A stretch of DNA of 64,000 nucleotides from an uncultured Gammaproteobacteria bacterium (GTDB lineage: Bacteria > Pseudomonadota > Gammaproteobacteria > JAURND01): NCBI GenBank assembly GCA_963714975.1, contig CAVQQD010000003.1:672001-736000 (forward strand). The letters are read 5' to 3'. The position numbers were made by a program, and so were the translations under genes. This document shows positions 10,645 through 20,317 of this stretch, one piece after another. A model generated the notes under the pieces. It saw nothing but the letters and a program-made list of their open reading frames with translations, was not told where the DNA came from and did no database searches. Position 1 is the first letter of the stretch, and each line of letters opens with the position of its first letter.

Positions 10645-11934
10645 TCAGCTTCGATACGAAGCGTTAATGTGGATGTATCCCGGCGTCAAATCACATCCCC
10701 AGGCGGTCGATTCTCCCGCGCCGATCCCTAAATCAATATGAAAGATTACAGTTTTTTCTTTCAATAAATTTCGCGCCAAATCTTCGTCAAATGGCAGTGG
10801 TTTACCCTCGTGAAATAAAGGCAGGTAAGATAAATCCCCCTTACCCTCCTTTTCCAAAGGGGGGTGATTTAAAGCAATACTCATGCGATTTAAATCAAGC
10901 TGTGCTCCCGAGCTTCCAACGGCCGAAGCAATCCGTCCCCAATTGGCATCTTCACCAAAAACTGCGGTTTTTACTAAAGGAGAACGGCAAACCGCCCGTG
11001 CTGCCAGGCGCGCTTCTTCGGTATTGACAGCACCTTTCACCTGAACTTCAATTAATTTTGTTGCACCTTCACCATCTTTAGCAATTTCCTTGGCTAAATG
11101 AATACAGACAAAATTTAGAGCCTGGTAAAATGCCTGCCATTCCGTCGAATCGGTGCTAGTGATTTCGAGATTGCCACAAGCACCATTTGCCAGCATTAAT
11201 ACCATATCATTCGTCGAGCTATCGCCATCGACAGTAATCATGTTGAATGAATCGGCATTGATTTGGCTTAGAGCAGTTTGTAACGCGGATTGATTGATAG
11301 CCACATCGGTGGTAATAAAAGCTAACATCGTCGCCATCATCGGATGGATCATTCCCGAGCCTTTGGCAATTCCGCCAATGCGACCGCGTTTCCCACCCAG
11401 CGCAAATTCCACAGCAATTGTTTTGGTAAACGTATCCGTGGTTAAAATGGCTTTTGCCGCACTCTCTGCGGCAGCGTCGTCCTGGCATGGATGCCAGGAT
11501 CCAGTCCGCAAGGATGTGAGGGTATTTATTTTTGTGGTCAGGCTGGCAATCCCCGCAGAAATTTTCGCCATTGGCAATGGCACACCAATCACTCCCGTAC
11601 TCGCCACCGCGACGGTTTCAGGAGTCATACCTAAGGCAGTGGCAGTTAGAGTGGCCATTTGGCGCGTATCTGTCATTCCTTGCTGACCGGTGCAGGCATT
11701 GGCATTGCCGCTGTTAATCACAATAGCCTGCAGCGGTTGTAGCAGACACTGTTGCGACCAAAGCACAGGGGCTGCTTTCGCTTGATTACAGGTAAAAACC
11801 CCCGCCGCAACAGCGGGAGTTTGGCTATATATTAGCGCCATATCATCTTTATGTGAGCGCCGTTTAATGCCCGCATGGGTACTTGCGGCAAGAAAACCTT
11901 GGGGGGCACAAATGCTGTTGGTAAGCAATTTCAT
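10645..11934 (-). CDS. argJ: Ornithine acetyltransferase / N-acetylglutamate synthase, with two in-frame repeat-derived insertions
   Basis: NSGNANACTG, STGVIG, KGSGMIHPMMATML autoproteolysis site, DGEGATK, DANWGR, GCDLT. Confidence 0.96.
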   Translation of the reverse strand: MKLLTNSICAPQGFLAASTHAGIKRRSHKDDMALIYSQTPAVAAGVFTCNQAKAAPVLWSQQCLLQPLQAIVINSGNANACTGQQGMTDTRQMATLTATALGMTPETVAVASTGVIGVPLPMAKISAGIASLTTKINTLTSLRTGSWHPCQDDAAAESAAKAILTTDTFTKTIAVEFALGGKRGRIGGIAKGSGMIHPMMATMLAFITTDVAINQSALQTALSQINADSFNMITVDGDSSTNDMVLMLANGACGNLEITSTDSTEWQAFYQALNFVCIHLAKEIAKDGEGATKLIEVQVKGAVNTEEARLAARAVCRSPLVKTAVFGEDANWGRIASAVGSSGAQLDLNRMSIALNHPPLEKEGKGDLSYLPLFHEGKPLPFDEDLARNLLKEKTVIFHIDLGIGAGESTAWGCDLTPGYIHINASYRS

Positions 11935-11942
11935 AGCAGTTC

Positions 11943-12992
11943 CTAGGGGTAAAGGCTGATGAGAGAGGTTAATCCCGTCGTTTCGGGAAGGCCAGATAAT
12001 AAATTGAAGTTTTGCACGGCTTGTCCAGCGGCACCCTTGACTAAATTATCAATAGCACTGATGACAATCACGCGTTGGGTTCTGGGATCGACAAAGACGT
12101 TGAGGTCGCAATAATTAGTGCCCAAAGTATTTTTAGTTTGCGGCATTTCATCAGCAGCATAGAGGCGAATAAAAGGCTTGTTTTTATAGTAATTTTGATA
12201 GTGCTGACGGATCTCTTCAGGGCTGACCTGAGTAGTTAATTTAAAATAGGCAGTGACTAATAAGCCTCGAATCATTGGCACGAGGTGAGGGGTAAACTGA
12301 ATGCAAATGTTTTCCTGAGCAATATGACTTAGCATTTGTTCAATTTCGGGAGTATGGCGGTGCAGTCCAGCCACCTGATAGGGCTTAATATTTTCGGTTG
12401 CTTCGCAAAAATGGCTAGTTAAAGCCAAAGATCGTCCTGCTCCCGATACGCCAGATTTGGCATCAAAAATAATTTCGTGTAGGTCAATCATGCCGAGTTT
12501 TAATAAGGGTAGGGCGCTGAGAATACAGGCAGTGGCATAGCAGCCTGGATTGGCAATTAATCGGGCTGACGCGATTGCCTCAGTATTGCCGGCTTCAGGA
12601 AGTCCATACACCGCTTGTTCGAGCAGCGCAGAAGGCGCGGGCGTGTTGTGATACCACTTGGTGTAATCGTCAGGATTTTTGAGCCGGAAATCGGCGCCTA
12701 GATCAATAACTCGAACCCCTGCAGCGAGTAATTCTTCGGTAATTTTTGCAGCATGTCCATGGGGTAGGCATAAAAAAGCGAGTTCACAACGCGAGGCTAT
12801 TTGTGCGGCATCAATTTTCTCACCGTATAAATCGCTGTGATTTTTTAAATGCGGATACACGTTGGCGAGCGGCTGCCCGACATAGCTTTCAGTGCCTGCA
12901 TAGGTTATTTTTACCTGCGGATGCAACTGGAGAATGCGCAATAACTCAATTCCCGTATATCCAGTAGCACCCACAATGCCGATATTAATCAT
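11943..12992 (-). CDS. argC: N-acetyl-gamma-glutamyl-phosphate reductase
   Basis: MINIGIVGATGYTG start, LPHG, DLGADFR, ANPGCY, SGVSGAGR, DNLVKGAAGQAVQN; the ORF-track extension to 13199 is repeat DNA. Confidence 0.96.
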   Translation of the reverse strand: MINIGIVGATGYTGIELLRILQLHPQVKITYAGTESYVGQPLANVYPHLKNHSDLYGEKIDAAQIASRCELAFLCLPHGHAAKITEELLAAGVRVIDLGADFRLKNPDDYTKWYHNTPAPSALLEQAVYGLPEAGNTEAIASARLIANPGCYATACILSALPLLKLGMIDLHEIIFDAKSGVSGAGRSLALTSHFCEATENIKPYQVAGLHRHTPEIEQMLSHIAQENICIQFTPHLVPMIRGLLVTAYFKLTTQVSPEEIRQHYQNYYKNKPFIRLYAADEMPQTKNTLGTNYCDLNVFVDPRTQRVIVISAIDNLVKGAAGQAVQNFNLLSGLPETTGLTSLISLYP

Positions 12993-13047
12993 AATTTCTC
13001 TCCGCTTCCTCGGCTTTAATTCTGGCAGACCCTGATTCTGGCCGACC

Positions 13048-13284
13048 CTGCCGAAGGGGGACCGCGTGAAGAATCCGCATGCTCGTAACTTCAAAGCCAG
13101 GAATTCCCGCTGAAACCCTGTTCTCTGACGGGTCCTGCCGCTGCGGCCACCCCACCGTGCTCGTTCCTGCGCGCGCTGGGGTCCCCGCCTCCGCGTCACC
13201 CGTCAGTCACATTACGGAGGAGCGAGAATACCTGGCTTTGAAGTTACGAGCATGCGGATTCTTCACGCGGTCCCCCTTCGGCAG
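13048..13284. repeat. Large fold-back element 1: perfect 54-bp inverted arms around a conserved GC-rich core
   Basis: 13048-13101 is the exact reverse complement of 13231-13284. Confidence 0.95.
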
Positions 13285-13368
13285 TACCTCTCCGCCATCC
13301 ATTTCACCTCCTCGTTCTGGGTTCGGTTCTATTCGCGGTCGCAATAATTTTCTTGCTTTTTAATGTGG

Positions 13369-13406
13369 CGTGAATAATAATTCAAAAAATTGCATAAATA
13401 TTCAAA
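13369..13406. promoter_or_regulatory. Tandem ARG boxes (ArgR/AhrC operator) between the divergent argC and argF units
   Basis: CGTGAATAATAATTCAAA and ATTGCATAAATATTCAAA, 2 bp apart, match the WNTGAATAWWWATTCANW consensus. Confidence 0.85.
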
Positions 13407-13497
13407 CATAGCTTAACCATAAATGCAAGAAGTAATTCCTAATGGTTGAAGGTGGCTGAGAGGTAACAAGCCAGTGGGTATGGCGCAAGGGCAACTA

Positions 13498-13707
13498 TGC
13501 CGCGCATATGATTCCAAGGAAAGCAGCTTTGGCGTAGCAATTCCCGCTCTTCCCTAGTGTGATCAACGGGTGACGCGGAGGCGGGGACCCCAGCGCGCGC
13601 AGGAACGAGCACGGTGGGGTGGCCGCAGCGGCAGGGCCCGTTGGGGAGCAGGGTTTTCGGCGGGAATTGCTACGCCAAAGCTGCTTTCCTTGGGATCGCG
13701 CGCGGCA
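13498..13707. repeat. Large fold-back element 2: same core as element 1, different arms
   Basis: 13514-13547 pairs perfectly with 13660-13693; the core is the near reverse complement of the element 1 core. Confidence 0.95.
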
Positions 13708-13755
13708 GGCCCCCCGAAGGCAAACTGATGGGAGGCACAAACTGAGGAAAAAATT

Positions 13756-14664
13756 ATGACTATACGACATTGTTTAACAGGTGAAGAATTTAGCCCTGCG
13801 GAAATTACTGCTCTTTTGCAGCAGGCGGCCGAGTTAAAAGCCATACGGGTGAAAGGGGAATTCCAGCCGTACTTAAAATTTCAGCAGTTAGCGCTATTGT
13901 TTGATAAGCCCTCCTTGCGTACCCGTTTTAGTTTCACCGTTGCTATGCGTGAACTCGGGGGGGATGTGATCGAAAGCCTAATCGACACCCGGAAGCCCGA
14001 AGAACCAGAAGACCAAGCTCGAGTGTTAGCCGGATATTGTCATGCCATTATGGTACGTACGCATGAAGATGCTAGCTTACAACGCATGAGCCAAGTTTCT
14101 TCCATCCCGATCATCAATGGGCTTTCCAATCTGCACCATCCCTGCCAAATTTTGGCTGATTTATTAACCTTAAAAGAAGCATTTAATACTCTATCAGGTC
14201 TTAGGCTTAGCTATGTGGGTGATGGTAATAATGTGTTACATAGTTTATTACTACTAGCGCCTGCTGTCGGTATCACAGTACATTATGCCTGTCCGGAAAA
14301 TCGTCAACCTGATCCAGCAATTTTGGCACGTGCAAAAGATCGCGCGCCAGGAAAGATTCAGGGTTTCCAAACGCCACAGGAAGCAGTTGTTGGGGCTAAT
14401 GCAGTGTACACTGATGTTTGGATTAGTATGGGCTTTGAAAATCAAGTGGATGAAGCGCATTTTGCGGCTTTTCAGGTGAACGAAGACCTGATGCAACTAG
14501 CCGATGCAAAAGCCGTTTTTATGCATTGTTTGCCCATGGTGCGGGGTAAGGAAGTCAGTCATAGCTTGCCTGATTCGCCTTGTTCCGTTATTTTTCAACA
14601 AAGTGAAAATCGCTTACATGTACAAAAAGCGTTACTGCTAAAACTGTTAAACTTGGAGAAATAG
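13756..14664 (+). CDS. argF: Ornithine carbamoyltransferase
   Basis: [37 protein letters not shown]. Confidence 0.95.
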   Translation: MTIRHCLTGEEFSPAEITALLQQAAELKAIRVKGEFQPYLKFQQLALLFDKPSLRTRFSFTVAMRELGGDVIESLIDTRKPEEPEDQARVLAGYCHAIMVRTHEDASLQRMSQVSSIPIINGLSNLHHPCQILADLLTLKEAFNTLSGLRLSYVGDGNNVLHSLLLLAPAVGITVHYACPENRQPDPAILARAKDRAPGKIQGFQTPQEAVVGANAVYTDVWISMGFENQVDEAHFAAFQVNEDLMQLADAKAVFMHCLPMVRGKEVSHSLPDSPCSVIFQQSENRLHVQKALLLKLLNLEK

Positions 14665-14665
14665 A

Positions 14666-15871
14666 ATGAAAAAAGTTATCTTAGCTTACTCAGGTGGATT
14701 GGATACCTCATGCGCCATTCGCTGGTTACAAGAACAATATCATTATGATGTGGTTGCTGTAGCAATGGATGTGGGAGAGGGAAAAGAACTGCAACCCATT
14801 CAACAAAAAGCCTTACAAGTTGGGGCGATTCAATCCTATGTAGTAGAGGTTCAAGAGGAATTTGCGCGTGATTTTTTATTGCCTGCCTTACAAGCCAATG
14901 CCCTATACGAGGGTGTTTATCCTTTGGTTTCAGCCCTATCGCGCCCGTTGATTGCACAAAAATTGGTGGAAATTGCTGAGCAAGAACAGGCTGTTGCTGT
15001 CGCGCATGGCTGTACTGGTAAAGGCAATGACCAAGTCCGTTTTGATGTCAGTATTCATACTTTAGCGCCACATTTACAAATCATTGCACCCCAGCGAGAA
15101 AATCCCACTTCACGTGAAGAAGCGATTGCTTATGCCACAGCCCACGGTATTCCTTTGCCGGTGGATTTAAAAAATCCGTTTAGTATCGACCAAAATCTTT
15201 GGGGGCGGAGTTGTGAGTGCGGGGTATTGGAGGATTCCTGGGCTGAACCTCCCGAAGAAGCTTATGCCCTAACCGCTTCTCTCGCCAATGCGCCCGATGC
15301 TGCTGAAGAAGTGACGCTTGAGTTTACCCAGGGGGTGCCAGTTGCACTCAATGGCCAATCCATGGCCTTGGCGCCATTGATCCATGAACTCAACCGTCTG
15401 GCAGGTAGGCATGGAGTAGGGCGGATTGATCATATTGAAAATCGATTAGTAGGCATTAAATCTCGTGAAGTGTACGAGGCGCCAGCAGCTATGACCTTAA
15501 TTGCCGCCCATCGTGCTTTAGAGGCTTTAACTTTGACGCGTGAAGTCGCTCATTTTAAGCCGCTCATTGAGCAACGTTTTGCGAATGTGATTTATGAAGG
15601 TTTATGGTTCTCGCCGCTACGCACTGCCCTGCAAGCCTTTATTCAGGAAACCCAGCGTTCAGTGACAGGCACGGTGCGCATTAAATTGCATAAAGGACAT
15701 GCTCGCGTGGTGGGCCGTCGTTCGCCGTATTCGCTGTATTCGCAGGATTTGGCGACTTACACCGCGCAAGATCAGTTCGATCATCATGCCGCTTTGGGCT
15801 TTATAAAACTATGGGGACTGCCAACCCAGTTGGCCTATGAGATGACTAAGAGCCTGTTTAAAGTCTTTTAA
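14666..15871 (+). CDS. argG: Argininosuccinate synthase
   Basis: [39 protein letters not shown]. Confidence 0.97.
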   Translation: MKKVILAYSGGLDTSCAIRWLQEQYHYDVVAVAMDVGEGKELQPIQQKALQVGAIQSYVVEVQEEFARDFLLPALQANALYEGVYPLVSALSRPLIAQKLVEIAEQEQAVAVAHGCTGKGNDQVRFDVSIHTLAPHLQIIAPQRENPTSREEAIAYATAHGIPLPVDLKNPFSIDQNLWGRSCECGVLEDSWAEPPEEAYALTASLANAPDAAEEVTLEFTQGVPVALNGQSMALAPLIHELNRLAGRHGVGRIDHIENRLVGIKSREVYEAPAAMTLIAAHRALEALTLTREVAHFKPLIEQRFANVIYEGLWFSPLRTALQAFIQETQRSVTGTVRIKLHKGHARVVGRRSPYSLYSQDLATYTAQDQFDHHAALGFIKLWGLPTQLAYEMTKSLFKVF

Positions 15872-15913
15872 AGTGAGGATATTACAATTCGCTGTGAACA
15901 GGCCCTGCGGCGG

Positions 15914-15934
15914 CCTCTCCCACAAGGGGAGAGG
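15914..15934. repeat. REP-like hairpin
   Basis: cctctccc-acaag-gggagagg between convergent genes. Confidence 0.7.
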
Positions 15935-15955
15935 AAAAATTGTGGTGAATAGTTA

Positions 15956-16444
15956 CTAACAACCTATAAAAGAAGGGCAACAACTTTCTTTGTCATCGTG
16001 TTCTTTCTGTAGGCCAACAAGATCATTAATGTTCTGGCCATTCATGCCAAAAGTATCCTTCAAGGTTTGTTCAGCATTTTGCGCTTTCTTATGAAGATGT
16101 AGAGCCCAAAGCAACACAAGTAGTGCTGCAAAAGCAAGCACGCCAACGGCTACTGGATCAAGATTCGTTACCTGAGAGTGTGTAATAGGATTAGCAGGAT
16201 CAGTATTGTCGATGTAGGTTTGTGTATAAGACAGTAATGGATCACCAGCTCTCAAATAATTCTCTAGAGTTGCCGCGCTCATACCAGCTAAAAGCGAACC
16301 AAAAGTAGGAGACTTCCATGTGGGACCGTTGGCTATAGCTTTAACCAAGTCGCGCGCATTAACAGATTCCCCAGTTGGAGTGTCTCTATTAAGGTCAGCT
16401 ATTTGGTCTAGAGATCGATATGTTACTCTAGGTTGACGTGGCAT
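15956..16444 (-). CDS. Orphan single-TM protein, candidate Dot/Icm-type effector
   Basis: GGAGG RBS before MPRQPR; one hydrophobic helix; Cys-rich C-terminus CCPSFIGC; upstream PmrA-type box. Confidence 0.6.
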   Translation of the reverse strand: MPRQPRVTYRSLDQIADLNRDTPTGESVNARDLVKAIANGPTWKSPTFGSLLAGMSAATLENYLRAGDPLLSYTQTYIDNTDPANPITHSQVTNLDPVAVGVLAFAALLVLLWALHLHKKAQNAEQTLKDTFGMNGQNINDLVGLQKEHDDKESCCPSFIGC

Positions 16445-16483
16445 TTTACCTCCAAAATTATAAGTAGTTTCAGATAATTGCAC

Positions 16484-16516
16484 ACTATATCATGCCAAGC
16501 TTAAAGAAGTGTTAAT
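16484..16516 (-). promoter_or_regulatory. PmrA-type box plus -10 element
   Basis: Minus strand ATTAACACT-TC-TTTAAGCTT-N7-TATAGT fits cTTAA-N2-TT-N2-cTTAA-N2-TT-N7-TATAAT. Confidence 0.65.
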
Positions 16517-16529
16517 TGCTGTCAAATTT

Positions 16530-16911
16530 GGGTGTAATTAAAACTGCGGTCAGAAGATCCCAGAAGCGTGCACGAATAATGCCGGCATCACTTGAGCAGG
16601 GCGATGAGGCCGTAGGTAACTCGGCCTGTGGGGATCCGCCTACTGCGGCACCCCACCATGCTCGCAGGGGATGAGCAACAAATCACCGATTCTATGAACC
16701 AAGGTCAAACATCAAGTTCATAGCCATACAAGCCTGCTGCCGCGTGAAAAGGAATTTGTTGCTCATCCCCGTGCTGCGCATGGTTGGGGGCTCGCCTCCG
16801 TGGCACCTCCTCGGCCGATTTACCTACGGCGCCTCATCGCCCTGCTCAAGTGATGCCGGCATTATTCGTGCACGCTTCTGGGATCTTCTGACCGCAGTTT
16901 TAATTACACCC
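16530..16911. repeat. Large fold-back element 3: perfect 81-bp inverted arms, diverged core and an inner 17-bp stem
   Basis: 16530-16610 is the exact reverse complement of 16831-16911; 16667-16683 pairs with 16754-16770. Confidence 0.95.
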
Positions 16912-17092
16912 CAATTCTTAGCAGGTTGAATATGGCCGAAAAACACGGTAGACAGGGTTTAAGCTGAAACGTAATATACGTAACGGTGAAATCAGCGATC
17001 AAAATGCTTTGGATAATTCTCAATTATCCCAACAACCGGAAGGAAAAACGGGTTGCTCGCGCGGCATGAGCCGCAGGCGGGTGGAGAAAATT

Positions 17093-18523
17093 ATGAATAA
17101 AAAACTTTGGGGTGGGCGATTTGCTCAATCCACTAATGCGCAAGTTGAGGAATTTTTGGCTTCGATTCATTTTGATGCTGAGCTGGCGTTTGAAGATATT
17201 TCAGGTAGTCTTGCTCATGCCGCCATGTTAAATCAGTGTGGCATTCTTTCTGAGCAAGAACATAGGATTTTAACCGATGGGTTAAAGCAAATAGCGCAAA
17301 AGATCGCTGACAATGAATTCGATTTTTCGGCAGCAGATGAAGATATTCATATGAATATTGAGCGTGCCTTGAGCGAAATGATTGGGCCAGAAATTGCCGG
17401 TAAATTGCACACCGCGCGTAGCCGGAATGATCAGGTTGCCTTAGATATTCATTTATATTTACGTCGGCAATTGCTGGATATTTTTGCGTTGTTACTTAAC
17501 TTTAGACAAACATTAATTAAGCAGGCGGAACGTTATTCAGCAGTGATTTTACCCGGTTATACTCATTTACAGCGTGCCCAACCTATTCGTCTTTCCTTGC
17601 ATTTTTTAGCCTATGCCGCGATGTTTAGTCGCGATGCTGAGCGTCTCCAGCAATTATGGCCGCGGGTGAATTGCTCACCCCTGGGGGCCGCAGCGCTTGC
17701 TGGCACGCGTTGGCCGACTGAGCCCAGTTTTGTCGCGAATTATTTAGGTTTTGATGCGGTGTACAGCAATAGTTTAGATGCGGTCAGCGATCGTGATTTT
17801 GTGGTTGAATTTTTGTCGAGTGCCTCACTGATCATGTTACATTTATCCCGTCTCAGTGAAGAGTTGATTTTATGGTCTAGCCAAGAATTTAATTTCATTA
17901 GTTTTGCCGATGCGTATTCAACGGGTAGCAGCATCATGCCGCAGAAAAAAAATCCCGATGTGGCTGAACTGGTGCGAGGAAAAACTGGGCGAGTTTATGG
18001 GGCGCTCATAACTCTATTGACGGTCTTGAAGGGCTTACCCTTAGCTTATAATAAAGACTTGCAAGAAGATAAAGAACCTTTGTTTGATACGGTTGCCACG
18101 TTACGGGGTTGTCTGCGCGTTTACAGCCCGCTCCTGGATACGTTGACTATCAATGCAGATGTTATGCGTTTGGCGACAGAAGCTGGGTTTCTGAATGCGA
18201 CTGATTTGGCAGATTATCTGGCACAATCAGGCTTGTCTTTTCGTGCTGCTCATCACCTCGTCGGTCAGATGGTTGCTTATTGTGCGAGTAAAGCTTGCCG
18301 CTTAGAAGAATTGTCTTTAGCTGAAATGCAAAGTTTCGCTCCGCAAATTGGCGAGGAAGTGTATACTGTCCTGGATCTAGAAAAGATTGTTGAAGCTCAT
18401 GCGAGTGCAGGTGGGCCGAGTTTAGCTTCCATCCACGCACAAATACAAATGGCTGAGCAGCAACTTAACTTGGATCGGCAGTGGCAGTTGGAGAAGGGAT
18501 CTGAGCTCGAGGGACAGAAATGA
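17093..18523 (+). CDS. argH: Argininosuccinate lyase
   Basis: [10 protein letters not shown] start, [40 protein letters not shown]. Confidence 0.97.
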   Translation: MNKKLWGGRFAQSTNAQVEEFLASIHFDAELAFEDISGSLAHAAMLNQCGILSEQEHRILTDGLKQIAQKIADNEFDFSAADEDIHMNIERALSEMIGPEIAGKLHTARSRNDQVALDIHLYLRRQLLDIFALLLNFRQTLIKQAERYSAVILPGYTHLQRAQPIRLSLHFLAYAAMFSRDAERLQQLWPRVNCSPLGAAALAGTRWPTEPSFVANYLGFDAVYSNSLDAVSDRDFVVEFLSSASLIMLHLSRLSEELILWSSQEFNFISFADAYSTGSSIMPQKKNPDVAELVRGKTGRVYGALITLLTVLKGLPLAYNKDLQEDKEPLFDTVATLRGCLRVYSPLLDTLTINADVMRLATEAGFLNATDLADYLAQSGLSFRAAHHLVGQMVAYCASKACRLEELSLAEMQSFAPQIGEEVYTVLDLEKIVEAHASAGGPSLASIHAQIQMAEQQLNLDRQWQLEKGSELEGQK

Positions 18524-19266
18524 AAATATTAGTACCCATCAAGCGTGTTATTGATTACAGCATCAGAATCCGCATTAAAAGCGATGGCTCAGGGGTTGAG
18601 ACTTCGAATGTCAAAATGTCCATGAATCCCTTCGATGAAATTGCGTTAGAAGAAGCGGTGCGGCAACAAGAAGCAGGGATTGCGCAAGAAGTTGTGGCGG
18701 TTACGCTTGGTACTAAGGAATCCCAGGAAACTCTGCGCACTGCATTAGCGATGGGAGCTACGCGGGCTATTTTAATAGAAACAGCGTCAGCACTAGAACC
18801 CCTGCATGTCGCTAAATTATTACAAAAATTAGTTGCCCAAGAAAATCCAAACTTAATTTTAATGGGTAAACAAGCCATCGACGATGATTGCAATCAAACT
18901 GGTCAAATGCTTGCCGCCTTATTACATTGGCCCCAAGCTACTTTTGCTTCTAAATTAATCATTGAAGCGGGTAAGGCTATAGTGACACGCGAAATTGATG
19001 GGGGGTTAGAGACCATTGCGATTTGTTTACCTGGGGTAGTCACTACCGATTTACGCTTGAATCAGCCTCGTTATATATCTTTACCCAAAATTATGCAGGC
19101 CAAAAATAAGCCCCTGCAAGTGCTTCCGGCGACAGACCTAGGCGTCGATTTAACCCCTCATCTCATCACCCTCAAAACTGAACCACCCCCCGCGCGAAAG
19201 TCGGGTGTGCGTGTGGCATCCGTCGCAGAACTCATCGAAAAGTTAAAACAGGAAGGAGCCCTGTAA
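18520..19266 (+). CDS. etfB: Electron transfer flavoprotein beta subunit
   Basis: [28 protein letters not shown]. Confidence 0.95.
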   Translation: MKILVPIKRVIDYSIRIRIKSDGSGVETSNVKMSMNPFDEIALEEAVRQQEAGIAQEVVAVTLGTKESQETLRTALAMGATRAILIETASALEPLHVAKLLQKLVAQENPNLILMGKQAIDDDCNQTGQMLAALLHWPQATFASKLIIEAGKAIVTREIDGGLETIAICLPGVVTTDLRLNQPRYISLPKIMQAKNKPLQVLPATDLGVDLTPHLITLKTEPPPARKSGVRVASVAELIEKLKQEGAL

Positions 19267-19268
19267 CC

Positions 19269-20201
19269 ATGTCAGCCTTAGTCATCGTAGAACACGATAA
19301 CCAACAGTTAAAAGCAGTTACGCTACCAGTAGTCACTGCCGCAAACCAATTGGCAGCAGAAGTTTCCGCTCTGGTGATTGGTTATGACAATCAAGCGGTG
19401 GCGGAGCAGGTGGCATCCCTGCAAGGTATTAGCAAAGTCATCTTGGTGAATCATCCAAATTATCAGCATTTTCTTGCCGAGTCAGTGGCTGCTGTTATCC
19501 ATTCCCTCGCTACGTCCTATTCCCATCTCCTGGCCCCAGCGACGGCTTTTGGTAAAAATATTTTGCCACGAGTTGCTGCGTTGTTGGATGTGGCGCAAAT
19601 TTCTGATGTGTTACAGGTTATTGCCAAAGATAGCTTTGTTCGTCCCATTTATGCTGGCAATGCTCTTACGACAGTACAATCTCAGGATAAGATAAAGCTA
19701 CTGACCATTCGCACCACTGCATTCGCACCGGCTAAAAAGGCTGACAAAACTGCGCCTATCGAATTATTTGAAATTGTTGTGGACAATCGCAGCAGCACAT
19801 GGCTGAGTGCTGCAGAAAATCGTTCCGAACGTCCTGAATTAACTGCTGCTCGAGTGGTTGTAGCAGGAGGCCGGGGACTGCAAAATGCCGAAAGTTTTCA
19901 AAAATTGCTGAAGTTAGCAGAACTGCTCAACGCGGCTGTAGGTGCCTCAAGAGCCGCAGTAGATGCTGGTTTTGCCCCCAATGATTGGCAAGTTGGGCAA
20001 ACTGGAAAAATTGTCGCCCCTGAGCTCTACATCGCCATTGGTATTTCTGGGGCCATTCAACATCTGGCAGGTATGAAAGACAGCAAAATTATTGTTGCTA
20101 TCAATAAAGATCCTGACGCCCCAATCTTTCAGGTAGCAGATTACGGATTGGTCGCCGATTTCTTCACCGTATTGCCAGAATTAGAACAAGCATTACAATA
20201 A
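19269..20201 (+). CDS. etfA: Electron transfer flavoprotein alpha subunit
   Basis: [40 protein letters not shown]. Confidence 0.95.
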   Translation: MSALVIVEHDNQQLKAVTLPVVTAANQLAAEVSALVIGYDNQAVAEQVASLQGISKVILVNHPNYQHFLAESVAAVIHSLATSYSHLLAPATAFGKNILPRVAALLDVAQISDVLQVIAKDSFVRPIYAGNALTTVQSQDKIKLLTIRTTAFAPAKKADKTAPIELFEIVVDNRSSTWLSAAENRSERPELTAARVVVAGGRGLQNAESFQKLLKLAELLNAAVGASRAAVDAGFAPNDWQVGQTGKIVAPELYIAIGISGAIQHLAGMKDSKIIVAINKDPDAPIFQVADYGLVADFFTVLPELEQALQ

Positions 20202-20203
20202 AT

Positions 20204-20303
20204 CCCCTCTCCCCCAACCGTTTTTGTTGGTGGGGAGAGGGGGTGCTAGATTTGGCCCACCCCTCATCCGCCTGCGGCACCTTCTCCCACAGGGGGAGAA
20301 GGA
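20204..20303. repeat. Pair of REP-like hairpins
   Basis: cccctctcccc...ggggagagggg and ccctcatccgcctgcggcaccttctccc...gggagaagg. Confidence 0.8.
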
Positions 20304-20317
20304 ATAAGGCCGAGGAT

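Noticed and set aside
13048-13070. AGGGGGACCGCG as a T-box riboswitch motif
   Set aside because: It is not the GGTGGNACC consensus, there is no recognisable stem I or terminator, it is absent from element 2, and it is locked in a perfect arm.
12993-13363. 69-aa N-terminal extension of ArgC and ORF 13079-13363 sharing LALKLRACGFFTRSPFG
   Set aside because: Both result from translating the two arms of the perfect inverted repeat; ArgC homology begins at MINIG (12992).
16744-16929. Short ORFs over the fold-back elements (also 13495-13844 and 35308-35583)
   Set aside because: GC-rich palindromic DNA lacks stop codons by chance; no RBS and no protein-like features.
16530-17092. Element 3 as an argH leader equivalent to elements 1 and 2
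   Set aside because: Its core is in the opposite orientation relative to argH, so a uniform arg riboswitch model is not supported.
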